Positions 50,120 to 60,576 of a stretch of DNA of 64,000 nucleotides are shown piece after piece; position 1 is the stretch's first letter; every line of letters starts with the position of its first letter. The translations under genes and the position numbers were made by a program. The stretch is from assembly GCA_963727445.1 (NCBI GenBank), contig CAVSGI010000010.1:1312001-1376000 (forward strand), in the 5' to 3' direction. The notes beneath the pieces were generated by a model, which had not been told where the DNA came from, did no database searches, and was given only the letters and a program-made list of their open reading frames with translations. Source of the DNA: an uncultured delta proteobacterium. GTDB lineage: Bacteria; Myxococcota_A; Polyangia; Polyangiales; B10-G4.

Positions 50120-51394
50120 ATGCCCCTGCCAGCACTCGCCCTGACGGTCCTCCTTCTCGCGGCATGCGGCGATGACGGCGCGCTGCCGGCCGACGCCGCA
50201 GCGGATGCACCCGCTGATGGCAGCGCGCCGCCCGACGCCGCGCGCGACGCGGCGATGGACGCCCCGGCGGACGCGGGGAGCGACGCAGACGCTGCGATGC
50301 CTTACCCGGGGTGTGAGCGGGAGCCCGCTGCTGCGGATCGCACGCGCTTTGTCGTCGTCTCCCATCCCTTCGGTGCAGGCGGGCCTTCGCCGCGCTTCGA
50401 GGTGCTCACCCTCGACGAGAGCGGGGAGCTCTCGGCCACGGCGACCTTCTTCGATCTCGGAGACCGACCCGCCGGCGGCGGCGAGATCGCGTTCACGCCG
50501 GATGGCCAGGTCGGTCTGGTGGCCCTGGACGATGGCTCCATCGCGGCGTTCACCCTCGACTCCACGGGGAACCCGACCGTGACCCACGCGAGCTTCTCGG
50601 GTGACTTCTACGCCGGGAGCGTGGTGGTCGACCCGTCCGGCGCGCGCGCGTACGTGCTCGACAACGACGTCATGCCGGACCGTGGGGGCGGCGTCTACGA
50701 GCTCGCCATCCGTTGCGACGGCACCCTGGTGGACATGGGACGCGTCCTGCCCGCCGCCGGTCCTCACGTGCTGCGCTTCCGGGGCGACGGCCGCATGCTG
50801 CTGAGCGCGCGCGGCGTCGATGGTGGCGGCAGCGCGGGTGACGACGTCTTCCTCCTGGACCGCGAGCCGCCCTTCGGCTTCTCGAGCGGGGTGGACGCCT
50901 TCGGCGACGACGACGCGATCACCACCGAGATCGCCATCACCGCCGACGACCGCTTCGCCCTGGTGGGCGACAACAGCATCATCACCATCAACCGGGTGGC
51001 CGTCGTCGGGCTCGACGCGGGCGGCCTCAGCGCGGTGCAAGTCCTGTCCGCGATCCCCGACCCAATCGACATCGTCGCCTCGCCTTTCGGCGACAGCGCC
51101 ATCATCGTCAGCGGCGTGGACGGGGACGCCATCATCGCCGTCGACTACGACCCGAGCGCCAATCCCCCGTTCTCGGTGCGAGGCGAGCTCGCCTACGTGG
51201 GCGCTGGACCCCAACTCCCCGCCAACGCCGTGCTCATCGAGCGGGGGACGCTGCGGGGCCTCGTTCTGGTGGCCGAGAACCTCGGCGTCCGCCGCGTCCG
51301 CTTCGCCCCTGGCGCCGAAGTGACCGACCTGGGAGCGTTCGGAACGGGGTCGGGAGTCGAGGCGATCGTGGGAATCCTTGGCGTTACGCCGTGA
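50120..51394 (+). CDS. Beta-propeller (lactonase-like) lipoprotein
   Basis: Lipobox LAAC, DA-rich linker, repeats IAFTPDG, VVDPSG, ITADD, VASPFG. Confidence 0.72.
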   Translation: MPLPALALTVLLLAACGDDGALPADAAADAPADGSAPPDAARDAAMDAPADAGSDADAAMPYPGCEREPAAADRTRFVVVSHPFGAGGPSPRFEVLTLDESGELSATATFFDLGDRPAGGGEIAFTPDGQVGLVALDDGSIAAFTLDSTGNPTVTHASFSGDFYAGSVVVDPSGARAYVLDNDVMPDRGGGVYELAIRCDGTLVDMGRVLPAAGPHVLRFRGDGRMLLSARGVDGGGSAGDDVFLLDREPPFGFSSGVDAFGDDDAITTEIAITADDRFALVGDNSIITINRVAVVGLDAGGLSAVQVLSAIPDPIDIVASPFGDSAIIVSGVDGDAIIAVDYDPSANPPFSVRGELAYVGAGPQLPANAVLIERGTLRGLVLVAENLGVRRVRFAPGAEVTDLGAFGTGSGVEAIVGILGVTP

Positions 51395-51459
51395 TACTTC
51401 ATTGGCGTCCTTGATTCGTATGGGGAATTGGCGGTAAGCAGCGCTGCCGGAGGAGCCTC

Positions 51460-53271
51460 ATGAACGAATCGCGGAAAGACCCGCGAGCCTTGATGACCGA
51501 GAAGGTGCGCATGAAGAGCGCAAGTCTCGGTGATTTCGTCGAACACCCCGCCGAAAACCTGTCGGTTGGCGGAATTTTCATCGCGATCGATCCGCCGATG
51601 AAAGCGGGGACGCTCCTGCGCATCGAGGTCGTGGTCGAGGGCGAGAGCATCGCCACCGTCGGCCGCGTGATCTGGGCGCGAGAGACCGCTTCGGCGTCGG
51701 AAGCCGTGGGCGTGGGCGTGAAGTTCGTCAAGATCGATCCCGCGGGCAAGAAGGCCATCGCCGCCTACGTCGAGAAGAAGGGTCCGATGCCCGAAGGCGC
51801 CCCGGCAACGAAGAGCGCACCTGCGCCGGCGGCCGAGGCGAAGAAGGCGGACGCTGACGAGGCCGCGGCGGAGAAGAAGGCCGCGGCGGAGAAGAAGGCC
51901 GCCGACGAGAAGAAAGCCGCCGACGAAAAGGCCGCCGCGGAGAAGAAGGCTGCCGACGAAAAGGCCGCCGCGGAGAAGAAGGCCGCGGTGGAGAAGAAAG
52001 CCGCCGACGAAAAGGCCGCCGACGAGAAGAAGGCCGCCGACGAAAAGGCCGCCGCGGAGAAGAAGGCCGCCGACGAAAAGGCCGCCGCGGAGAAGAAGGC
52101 CGCCGATGAAAAGGCCGCCGCGGAGAAGAAGGCCGCCGACGAAAAGGCCGCCGCCGCGAAAGCCGCCGCCACCGCGAAGGCCGAAGAAGAAGAAGAGTCC
52201 GAAGACGAAGCGTCCGAAGACGAAGAATCCGAAGACGAAGCGTCCGAGGACGACGAGTCCGAGGACGAAGCGTCCGAAGACGACGAGTCCGAGGACGACG
52301 AGTCCGAGGACGACGAGTCCGAGGACGACGAGGACGAGGACGACGAGGACGAAGAGTCCGAGGACGAAGCGTCCGAAGACGAAGAGCAAGAGGACGCGGA
52401 CGAGCCGGCCGAAAAGCCCGCTGCCGCCAAGGAAGCGGAGAAGAAGGACGAATCCGTCGCCGCTGCCCTCGCGAAGGACCGGCCTCAGCGCCGCCGCAAG
52501 AAGGGCCCCAAGTCCAAGAGCAACAGGAAGAAGAAGCGCGGCAAGAAGGGTAAGCGCCAGCGCCGCGCCGAAGGACGGCAGAAGGCCGCGGAGCGCAAGC
52601 AGGCGGAGAAGGCCGCGCGCGCGGCCGAGACGCAGGAACGCACCCAGAAGAAGAAGAGCAAGCCGAAGGTGGCCCAGTCGCTGCCTGAAGCCGAAGCGCC
52701 GCCGGTCACCGACGCCGCCACCAAGCCTCTGCTCATCGCGCTCGCGATCCTCGTGGTTCTCGGAGCCGCTTACTTCCTCACCAAGAACAACGACGACGCC
52801 GCCGACACCTCCGATACCGAGTCGACCTCGGGCAGCGTCGAGGTCCAGGAAGAAGAGATCGAAGAGGTCGAGCTCGGCACCGACGAGGAAGACCTCGGCG
52901 AAGAGGGCCTCGAGGACGATCTCGGCCTCGAGGACGATCTCGGCCTCGAAGAGGAAGAGACCCTCGACGTCGAAGAAGCCGAGCCCGAGCCCGAGCCCGA
53001 GGTCGCCGAGCCCGAGCCCGCGCCGGCGCAACCGGCGCGCATGTGGGTCCCACGTCCGCGCATGACGGAGGAGTCGTCGACCACCACCACCATGGCGAGC
53101 CCGACGATGGACACCGCGATGGCCCCCACCGACATGGCAGCCACCACGATGGCCGCGACCGAGATGGCCGCGACCGAGATGACCGCGACCGAGATGGCCG
53201 CGGCACCCGCACCCGCCGCACCTGCACCCGCACCCGCACCCCCGCCCGCCCCGCCCGCGGGCGAGGAGTGA
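51460..53271 (+). CDS. PilZ (TIGR02266-like) domain membrane protein with long low-complexity charged blocks
   Basis: RKDPR and NLSVGGIFI motifs, GRVIWAR, GVGVKF; TM LLIALAILVVLGAAYFL; GGAGGAG RBS. Confidence 0.85.
   Translation: MNESRKDPRALMTEKVRMKSASLGDFVEHPAENLSVGGIFIAIDPPMKAGTLLRIEVVVEGESIATVGRVIWARETASASEAVGVGVKFVKIDPAGKKAIAAYVEKKGPMPEGAPATKSAPAPAAEAKKADADEAAAEKKAAAEKKAADEKKAADEKAAAEKKAADEKAAAEKKAAVEKKAADEKAADEKKAADEKAAAEKKAADEKAAAEKKAADEKAAAEKKAADEKAAAAKAAATAKAEEEEESEDEASEDEESEDEASEDDESEDEASEDDESEDDESEDDESEDDEDEDDEDEESEDEASEDEEQEDADEPAEKPAAAKEAEKKDESVAAALAKDRPQRRRKKGPKSKSNRKKKRGKKGKRQRRAEGRQKAAERKQAEKAARAAETQERTQKKKSKPKVAQSLPEAEAPPVTDAATKPLLIALAILVVLGAAYFLTKNNDDAADTSDTESTSGSVEVQEEEIEEVELGTDEEDLGEEGLEDDLGLEDDLGLEEEETLDVEEAEPEPEPEVAEPEPAPAQPARMWVPRPRMTEESSTTTTMASPTMDTAMAPTDMAATTMAATEMAATEMTATEMAAAPAPAAPAPAPAPPPAPPAGEE
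51862..52400 (+). repeat. Coding ~15-nt tandem repeats (AAEKK/AADEK block, then EDDES/EDEAS block)
   Basis: Units such as GCCGCCGACGAAAAG, GCCGCGGAGAAGAAG and GAGGACGACGAGTCC. Confidence 0.9.
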
Positions 53272-53286
53272 GCCGGGCGGCGGCTT

Positions 53287-54891
53287 CTACCGGTTACAAT
53301 CCCGCAAGCAGCGATTCCAGTCCTGGAAGCACTGCATGCCTTCGGCGCCCATGCCGCCGGTGCGCCGATTGCACGCTGCCTGCTCTTGGCTGCAACGGAT
53401 CCGGCACATCTGAGCCTCCGTGCGTCGCATCGCCTCTTCGGCCGCCCGCTGCTCCGCGCGACGCATGGCCGCGCGCCGCTGCGCCGCCGCGCGGGCCGCT
53501 TCCTCTTCTTGCCGCGCCTTTTCCCGCGCCTCGTTCTCGGCGCGGAGCTCCGCGATCTGCGCCTCTAGGTCCTGCACTTCGGAGTGGGCGTCGGCGGCCG
53601 CATCGACGGCAGGCGGGCCCGAGGTCGTGACCACCGCGGGCGGCGGCGTGGCCGTCGCCGCATCCGGCTGGTCGTTCTGCCGCGCCCCGGGGATCAACAG
53701 AAACGCGGCCACCCCGCCCCCGATCAACGCTCCGAGCACCACCACCAGGCCGACGAGGAGATTGGTGGGCGAGCCCTTCCTCTGCTCGACCGGCGGCGTC
53801 TGGGCGACGACCGCCGACGCACCCATGGTGGGTGGGATGCCGCGCTGACCCCCGGTGCTCGAGACCGACGGTGGGGTCTTCGCCGGGTTTGGCTGGGTCG
53901 TGGCGCCGGCAGGGACGTGGGCAGGCATCGAGTGAACGACGGGCGTGCTCGGAGGGACGGCGGGGATGGACGCGTCCGACGCCATGGTGGGCTCGAAGCC
54001 CATCTCCACGGAGGGCGGACGGATGGCCGGAAGGTCGGGACGCGCACACGCTTCGAGCGCCGCCCGCATCTCCAGAGCGCTCGGGAAGCGCGAGCTCACG
54101 TCCGCGGATAGCGCGCGGTCGACGACGGCAGCCAGATCGGGAGGGATCTCCGGACGCACCGCGCGGACCGAGGGCGCCGGGTGGGTCATGATGGCGACGA
54201 TGAGGAGGTTGTAGTTCTCGGCCGTGAAGGGCGGGCGGCCGGTGAGAGCGTAGAAGAGCGTCCCACCCACCGAGTACACGTCGGAACGCGCGTCGACAGG
54301 CTGACCCCGTGCCTGCTCCGGGCTCATGTAATGCGGTGTGCCGAGGATCGTCCCGGTCTGCGTGAGCTTCTCGTCGGTGTCGGAGACCTGACGCGTGATC
54401 CCGAAATCGAGGAGCCGCACGCGCGGCCCGGCGCCCGACGGGCGGCAGAGGAAGATGTTCTCCGGCTTGATGTCGCGGTGAACCAAGCCCGTGGCGTGCG
54501 CCGCGGAAAGTGTGTCGAGAAGCTCGATGCCGATGTCGATCAGAGCGGCGCCGTCCACCGCGCCGCGCTCCACGGCGGCGCCCAGGTCCTCTCCTTCGAG
54601 GAGCTCCAGGACCAGATAGAGGGTGCCGTCCTCCGCGACCCCGGCGTCGCTGACCTTGACGATGCCGGGATGGCCGATCGAGGTGGGCGCCTGGGCCTCG
54701 CGCAGGAAGCGTTCACGCGCGTTCTTGGAGCGGGCGACCCCCGAGTGCATGATCTTGAGCGCGACGTTCGCGCCGGTGAAGGCGTGGCGCGCGCGGTAGA
54801 CCGCGCCCATGCCCCCCTCGCCCAGTACTTCGGCGAGGTCGTACCGGCCCGCAAAACGCGTCCCGACGCGCGACTGAGCAGAGCCATCCAC
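53287..54891 (-). CDS. Membrane Ser/Thr protein kinase with coiled coil and six-Cys C-terminal domain
   Basis: LGEGGMGAVY, VALK, HRDIKPEN, LLDFG, GTPHYMSPE; TM; start approximate. Confidence 0.9.
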   Translation of the reverse strand: MDGSAQSRVGTRFAGRYDLAEVLGEGGMGAVYRARHAFTGANVALKIMHSGVARSKNARERFLREAQAPTSIGHPGIVKVSDAGVAEDGTLYLVLELLEGEDLGAAVERGAVDGAALIDIGIELLDTLSAAHATGLVHRDIKPENIFLCRPSGAGPRVRLLDFGITRQVSDTDEKLTQTGTILGTPHYMSPEQARGQPVDARSDVYSVGGTLFYALTGRPPFTAENYNLLIVAIMTHPAPSVRAVRPEIPPDLAAVVDRALSADVSSRFPSALEMRAALEACARPDLPAIRPPSVEMGFEPTMASDASIPAVPPSTPVVHSMPAHVPAGATTQPNPAKTPPSVSSTGGQRGIPPTMGASAVVAQTPPVEQRKGSPTNLLVGLVVVLGALIGGGVAAFLLIPGARQNDQPDAATATPPPAVVTTSGPPAVDAAADAHSEVQDLEAQIAELRAENEAREKARQEEEAARAAAQRRAAMRRAEQRAAEEAMRRTEAQMCRIRCSQEQAACNRRTGGMGAEGMQCFQDWNRCLRDCNR

Positions 54892-54953
54892 GGGCACGAG
54901 GGTAGACCAGGCGAGGGGCCCCGCGCACCCTCGAGTGATACTCTCCGGCCGAC

Positions 54954-57900
54954 GTGGCAGACGCCGAGAGCGGGAAAGGACCGGGGTCGCCGGTGTCCGA
55001 GCGCGGCGACGACGAAGACGCCGCAGGGCCGACGCGTCCGGCCAAGGGCGGGCGCGCTTTTCATTCCGCGACGACCCACCCACAGCACAGCCCCGTGAGC
55101 CCGCGGATCGCGCCGGAGGTCGCCGAGGAGCGCCCCTCGCAGATGCCCGTCCTGGCCACGGTCGATCGCGACCACTACGAGATCTTCGGCGAGATCGCCC
55201 GGGGAGGCCTGGGACGGATCCTCCGCGCCCGCGACAAGCGGCTGGACCGCGAGGTCGCGATCAAAGAGCTCCACTACCGCATCGGCAACGTCGAGGCGCG
55301 CTTCGGCAGAGAGATGCGGCTGACGGCGCGCCTGCAGCATCCCTCGATCGTTCCCATCTACGAGGCGGGCCGGTGGGAGAGCGGCGAGCCCTTCTACGCC
55401 ATGAAGCTGGTGGAGGGGCGCTCCCTCGCCGAGGTGGCGGAGACCGCCGAGTCACTCCAGGAGCGGCTCCTGCTCCTGCAAAACATCATCGACGTCGCCG
55501 AGGCCATCGCCTACGCGCACAGCGAGCGGATCCTGCACCGCGACCTCAAGCCGGCCAACGTGCTGGTCGGACCCTTCGGCGAAACGATCGTCATCGACTG
55601 GGGGCTCGCGAAGGATCTCGACTCGCCGAGCGCGGAGGTTCCCCCGGAGCCGGACGATCATCCCGACGACGTCCTCGATGCCTCGATGAGCTCTTTCAAC
55701 ACCGGCTCGGGCGCCGTGATCGGGACGCCGGCCTTCATGCCGCCGGAGCAGGCGCGCGGGGAGATCGTCGACCAACGCGCGGACGTCTACTCCCTCGGCG
55801 CCCTGCTCTATCACGTGCTCTCTGGCGTTCGCCCGTACGACGGCATCCCTCGCGGCGAGCTCCTCGACGAGGTGAAGACGGAACCGCCCACCCCCTTGTC
55901 GGAGGTCTCTCCGGAGATCCCGCGCGACCTCGTCGCGATCGTCGAGCGCGCCATGGCACGCGAGGCCGACCAGCGGTACGCGACCGCCAAGGAGCTGGTC
56001 GAGGATCTGCAGCGCTTTCAGGCGGGCCAGCTCGTCGCCTCTCACGAGTACACCCTCGGCGAGCTCGTCCGAAAGTTCGTGCGGCGAGAGAAGCTCGCGG
56101 TCATCACCGCAGCGCTCGGCGCCGCCGCCCTCCTCGCCCTCGGCGTGTGGAGCTTCGTGAGCATCGCCCGCGAGCGCGACCAGGCCGAAGCCAGCGCCCT
56201 CGACGCGACACAGGCCCGCGACCGCGAGGCTGCCGCCCGCGCGCTCGCCGAGGATCGCATCGATTCTCCTGAAGCTCGAGAAGGCGTCCGCGCTCCTCGA
56301 CACCGATCCGACCGCGGCCGTCGCCTGGCTCAAGGAGCTCCGGGCGCCGCTTCCGGGCGCGCCCACCATCGCCGCGGATGCGGCGGGACGAGGCGTCGCG
56401 ACGCGCGTGCGCCGCGGACACACGGATCGCGTCGGGACCGCATCCTTCTCGCCCGACGGCAGGCTGCTCGCGACCGGAAGCAACGACAACTCCGTGCGCG
56501 TGTGGACGCGACGCAGCGACGACTCTCGCATCCTGGACGAGCATCGCGACCGCGTGTCGGCGGTGGCCTTCTCGCCCGACGGGAGCCATCTCGCGACCGC
56601 AGGCAACGACGGTCAGGTGTGCGTCTTCGAGACCCGAGGCAGCGCGCTCGGATGCGTCCGCTCGCATCCGCGGGGCGCCCGCGACGTCTCCTGGTCGCCC
56701 GATGGCCGCGAGGTCGCCAGCATCGGCACCGGCGCGGTCGTCGTTCGTCCGATCACCGAAGAGGAGCCGCGACTGCGTCTCGCTGCCAAGGTCGATCGCT
56801 ACGGGCGCGTCGTCTTCGCGGGTTCGCGGATCGTGTCCGGCAGCCACGAAGGCACGCTCGTGGTGTGGAGCGCCAGCACGGGTCAGCAGCTTCACGTTCT
56901 TTCCGGGCACGAGGGGCCCATCGGCTACTTCGACGTCTCCCCCGACGGCACGCGCGCAGTCTCCGCGGGCGCAGACGGAACCGTGCGGCTCTGGGATCTC
57001 GAAACTGGCGAAGGACGGATCCTCGGAATGCACGAGGCGGAGGCGAGCGTCGCCGTCTTCGACCACGAGGGCACGAGGGTCGCTTCCTCCGGACTCGATC
57101 AACGCGTGATCGTCTGGAGCCTCGAAGAAGGGGAGCACGAGGTCCTCATCGGACACGGAGAGCGGGTCGATCAGCTGGCCTTCCATCCGAACGGCGAGCT
57201 CCTCGCCTCGGGGAGCTGGGATCGGACCGTGCGCCTGTGGAATCTCGTCGACGGCCAGGCGCGCGTGTTGCGCGGGCACGGCGACGTGATCTCCTGGATT
57301 GGCTTTTCGCCTACCGGGGAGACGCTGGTGAGCGCGAGCTGGGATGGCGAGGTTCGCTCGTGGCCCGTGGAGCCGCCCGACGGCTGGATCCTCGGCCGCC
57401 ACGACATCGGTGTGCACACCGTCGACACCTCGCCGGACGGCCGCCACGTCGCGTCGGGCGGGCACGACGACACGGTCCGCCTCTGGGATCTCGAGACGCG
57501 CGGGATGCGCATCCTGGGCCGTCATCAGGATCACGTCTATCGCGTGCGCTTCTCGCCCCGCGGCGTGTGGGTGGCCTCGTCCAGCGACGATCAGACGGTG
57601 CGCCTCTTCTCGCCGGACGGGACGACCACGCACGTGCTCCGTGGCCACTCGGCGGACGTCGAGGAGATCGCGTTCTCGCCCGACGGGCTGAAGCTCGCCT
57701 CCGCAGGGGAAGACAACCGGGTCTTTCTCTGGGACCTCGCCACGATGACCGGCCAGCCTCTCGAAGGACACGAGCAACCGGTGACCGCCGTCGCTTTCGC
57801 GCCGGACGGGGCGCTCCTGGCGTCGGCGAGCCGAGACCGCACGGTGCGGCTCTGGAACGTCGCGGACGCGAGCGCGCGCGCCCGATTCGCCGACCACGCC

Positions 57901-58455
57901 CTGGACGTCTGGGGCATTGCCTTCTCGCCGGATGGACGGATCCTCGCGTCCGCGGGTCTCGACGATCGGGTCGTGCTCTGGGACGTGGCGAGCGGCGAGC
58001 CCAGCGTGCTGAGCGACGAGCTCGACTCGGCGCGCCTCGTCGCCTACGCCCCCGACGGCGAGCGCATCGCCGTCTCCAGCTCCAGCCGCCACCTTTGGCT
58101 CTGCGAGCTCGAGTCGCGCGACTGCCGGGAGCTCCATGGCCACGGCACCACCGTGACCTTCCTCTTCTTCTCCCCCGACGCCCGAGCCCTCGTCACCACC
58201 AGCGGTGATGGGACGATCCGCGTCTGGGACGTGCACACCCGCGAGAGCCGCGTCTATCGCGGACATCGAGCGGCGGTCTTCGAGGCGGCGCTCACCCCCG
58301 ACGACCGCCGCCTGATCTCCGCGAGCGCCGATACCACCCTCAGGGTCTGGTCCTTCGGCTTGCCCCCTGCCCCCGAGGAACTCACCGCTTTTCTGGAGGA
58401 TTTGACCACTGCCACCGTCACCTCCATTGGCGACGAGGGGCCTGACGTGCGATGA
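54954..58455 (+). CDS. Ser/Thr kinase-WD40 repeat protein, +1 frameshift at ~56264
   Basis: IARGGLG, VAIK, HRDLKPAN, IDWG, GTPAFMPPE; after removing one T the frame continues LLKLEKAS..DPTAAVAWL into many GH...FSPDG...WD repeats; start approximate. Confidence 0.88.
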
Positions 58456-58517
58456 ATCACTCTGGTGTCACTTTCGGGGGGAAGAACGGTCCCCCCACCT
58501 CACGTAGACCGGTCGGT

Positions 58518-59853
58518 ATGTCTCGCTTTCTCCCCTTGGGGGCGCTGCCCCTTCTGGCCCTCCCCCTCGTTTCCGCGTGTGGAAACGACGCTTGCGACGA
58601 TCCCGCTTCCGCACTCGCCTCCGCAGCGGAGGGTGACACGGTCGACCTCGGAACCTGCCGCGCCATGGGAGACGTGACCGTCCCCGCCGGCGTGGTCTTC
58701 CGCGGCGACGGAATCCGGCAGCGTCATCGACGGACGAATCACCCTCGAGCCTGGGAGCAGCCTCTCGGGCATCACCGTCGAGTCGGGCGGAGTGCTGGCG
58801 TCGGGGAGCGACGGCATGGTGACCCTCGACAACGTCACCGTCCGTGTGCAGACCGGTGTCGCCGTTCGGATCGAAGGGATCGGTGCCCACTTGAGCGACG
58901 TGACCCTCGAGGGGAACGTGACCGCGGACAACGCAAGCGACGTTCCTCCGATGCCCACCAGCGACGAGTGGCCCACGCACGGCCTGCTCCTGGTGGACGC
59001 CGGCACCAGCGATGCGCCCGTGGTCCTCGACGGCGTCGACGCCTCGGGCTTCGCGCGCTTCGGCGCCCTCTTTCGCAACAGCCACGTGGACTGGCACGGG
59101 GGCGGCGCCTCCGAGAACCTCACCGTCGGCATGATGGCCCTGCAAGGCAGCGCAAACCTCGAGGCGCTCTCCTTCGAACGGAACTATCAGGGCACCCAGC
59201 CCTACCCCGCCTACGGCGCGGTCTTCACCCAGGGGGTGGAGGTCTCGACCACCGACGTTCACGTCAGCGCCAACGAGGGTTACGGGTTGGTTCACGACGA
59301 TGCCACCGCGGCCCACGTGGACCTGGTGGCCATGGACAACGGCGACGCCGCGATCTGGGCGCAGTCGAGCCGCTCCTTCATGCTCGCGGGCGAGAGCTCG
59401 ATGCTCTCCGGCAATCTGCTCGCGGGCGTGGTGCTGGTGGACACGCCGAACGCGATGATTCAGGACGCGACCATCGACACCTCGCGCCTCGCGACCCGCA
59501 TCGAAGGCGAGACGGGGATGGTTCAGGTCGGCGACGGCGTGCACGCGGTGGTCGATAGCGCCTCGGGCCTCGTCTTCGACGGGCTGTCGCTCACCAACAA
59601 CGAGCGCACCGGCATGCTCCTCGACGTGGGCGACGGAAGCGTGGACGGAGCCGTCATGAACGTGACCGTCGACGGCACCGGCACCAGCCTGGGCGCCATC
59701 GCCCAGGGCCCCGCGGGCCTGATCGACTCCGGCACCTGGGACGCCGGCATCACCCGCCTCGGCGCCACCGGAGCGAACGACGCTGCCCTCGAAAGCGCCC
59801 TCGACATCGTCAGCCTCATCGGCCCGATGTTCCTGCCCGCGCCTGCGATGTAG
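58518..59853 (+). CDS. Parallel beta-helix-like lipoprotein, +1 frameshift at ~58712
   Basis: Lipobox VSAC; ALASAAEGDTVDL...VTVPAGVVFRG entry motif; removing one A joins it to ORF 58792..59853 (444 aa total). Confidence 0.72.
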
Positions 59854-59884
59854 TGCCAGTCTACCCGGTGTACCCTCGGGCTCG

Positions 59885-60055
59885 ATGCGCCTGATCTCGA
59901 TCGCGCTCCTCTTCCTTCTCGCCGGCGGATGTAGCCTCGTCTACACCGGGGACGAGTTCCACTTCGCGGACGCGTCGGTCGACTCGACGCCGGGTGATGC
60001 CGCGGGCGACGCCACAGGTGACGCGTCGGACGCCAGCTGCGAGAGCTGCAGGTGA
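59885..60055 (+). CDS. Small 56-aa lipoprotein (missed by the ORF track)
   Basis: MRLISIALLFLLAGGCSLVYTGDEFHFADASVDSTPGDAAGDATGDASDASCESCR*; stop overlaps the next GTG start. Confidence 0.7.
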   Translation: MRLISIALLFLLAGGCSLVYTGDEFHFADASVDSTPGDAAGDATGDASDASCESCR

Positions 60056-60570
60056 GACCTCGGCTCCTCCTCGCCGCCTTCGCGATCGCCTCGCTGTTGT
60101 CGCTGGGCCTGTCCTCCCTCGCCTGCGCTCAGACCCGAGGCGACCCCGACGACGGGGAGGCAGCGACCGTCATCCGGGACGAGGGCGCCGACCGCGCCGA
60201 CGACCCGGTCGAGAGCGAGGACACGCGGGAGCACCGACCCTCCACCGCGAATATCGTCGGCCACGCCACCTCCTTCATGATCGCGGGGCTGACGCTGATC
60301 TCCGGAGTGATCACTGGCATCACGACCGTGAGCCTGCACTCCGATCTGAGCGATCGATGCGGCGACATGGTGCCCTGCACCGATCCCAACGGGCCGGCCG
60401 ACCGCCAGAGGATGCGAAACCTCGCCCTGGCCACGGACATCCTGCTCGGGACGAGCCTCGTCGCGGCGACGGTCGGGCTGATCATCGCGCTCCTCGGTCG
60501 CGCGGGTGACGACGAGGCCTCGCCGGTCGCCTGTGGCGCCGACGGCTGCCGATTCGAAGCCCGCTTCTGA
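60052..60570 (+). CDS. Hypothetical secreted/membrane protein
   Basis: Signal peptide, two hydrophobic segments around a CxxxxxC pair, ALATDIL, terminal EARF. Confidence 0.68.
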   Translation: MRPRLLLAAFAIASLLSLGLSSLACAQTRGDPDDGEAATVIRDEGADRADDPVESEDTREHRPSTANIVGHATSFMIAGLTLISGVITGITTVSLHSDLSDRCGDMVPCTDPNGPADRQRMRNLALATDILLGTSLVAATVGLIIALLGRAGDDEASPVACGADGCRFEARF

Positions 60571-60576
60571 GCCGGG

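Noticed and set aside
51862..52400. Tandem short repeats that might suggest a CRISPR or other non-coding array
   Set aside because: No unique spacers; units are multiples of 3 with synonymous variation, inside the PilZ CDS; no cas genes in the window
56250..56275. Programmed ribosomal frameshift producing kinase-only and kinase-WD40 isoforms
   Set aside because: No slippery heptamer; the same +1 signature appears in three unrelated genes, so an assembly error is more parsimonious
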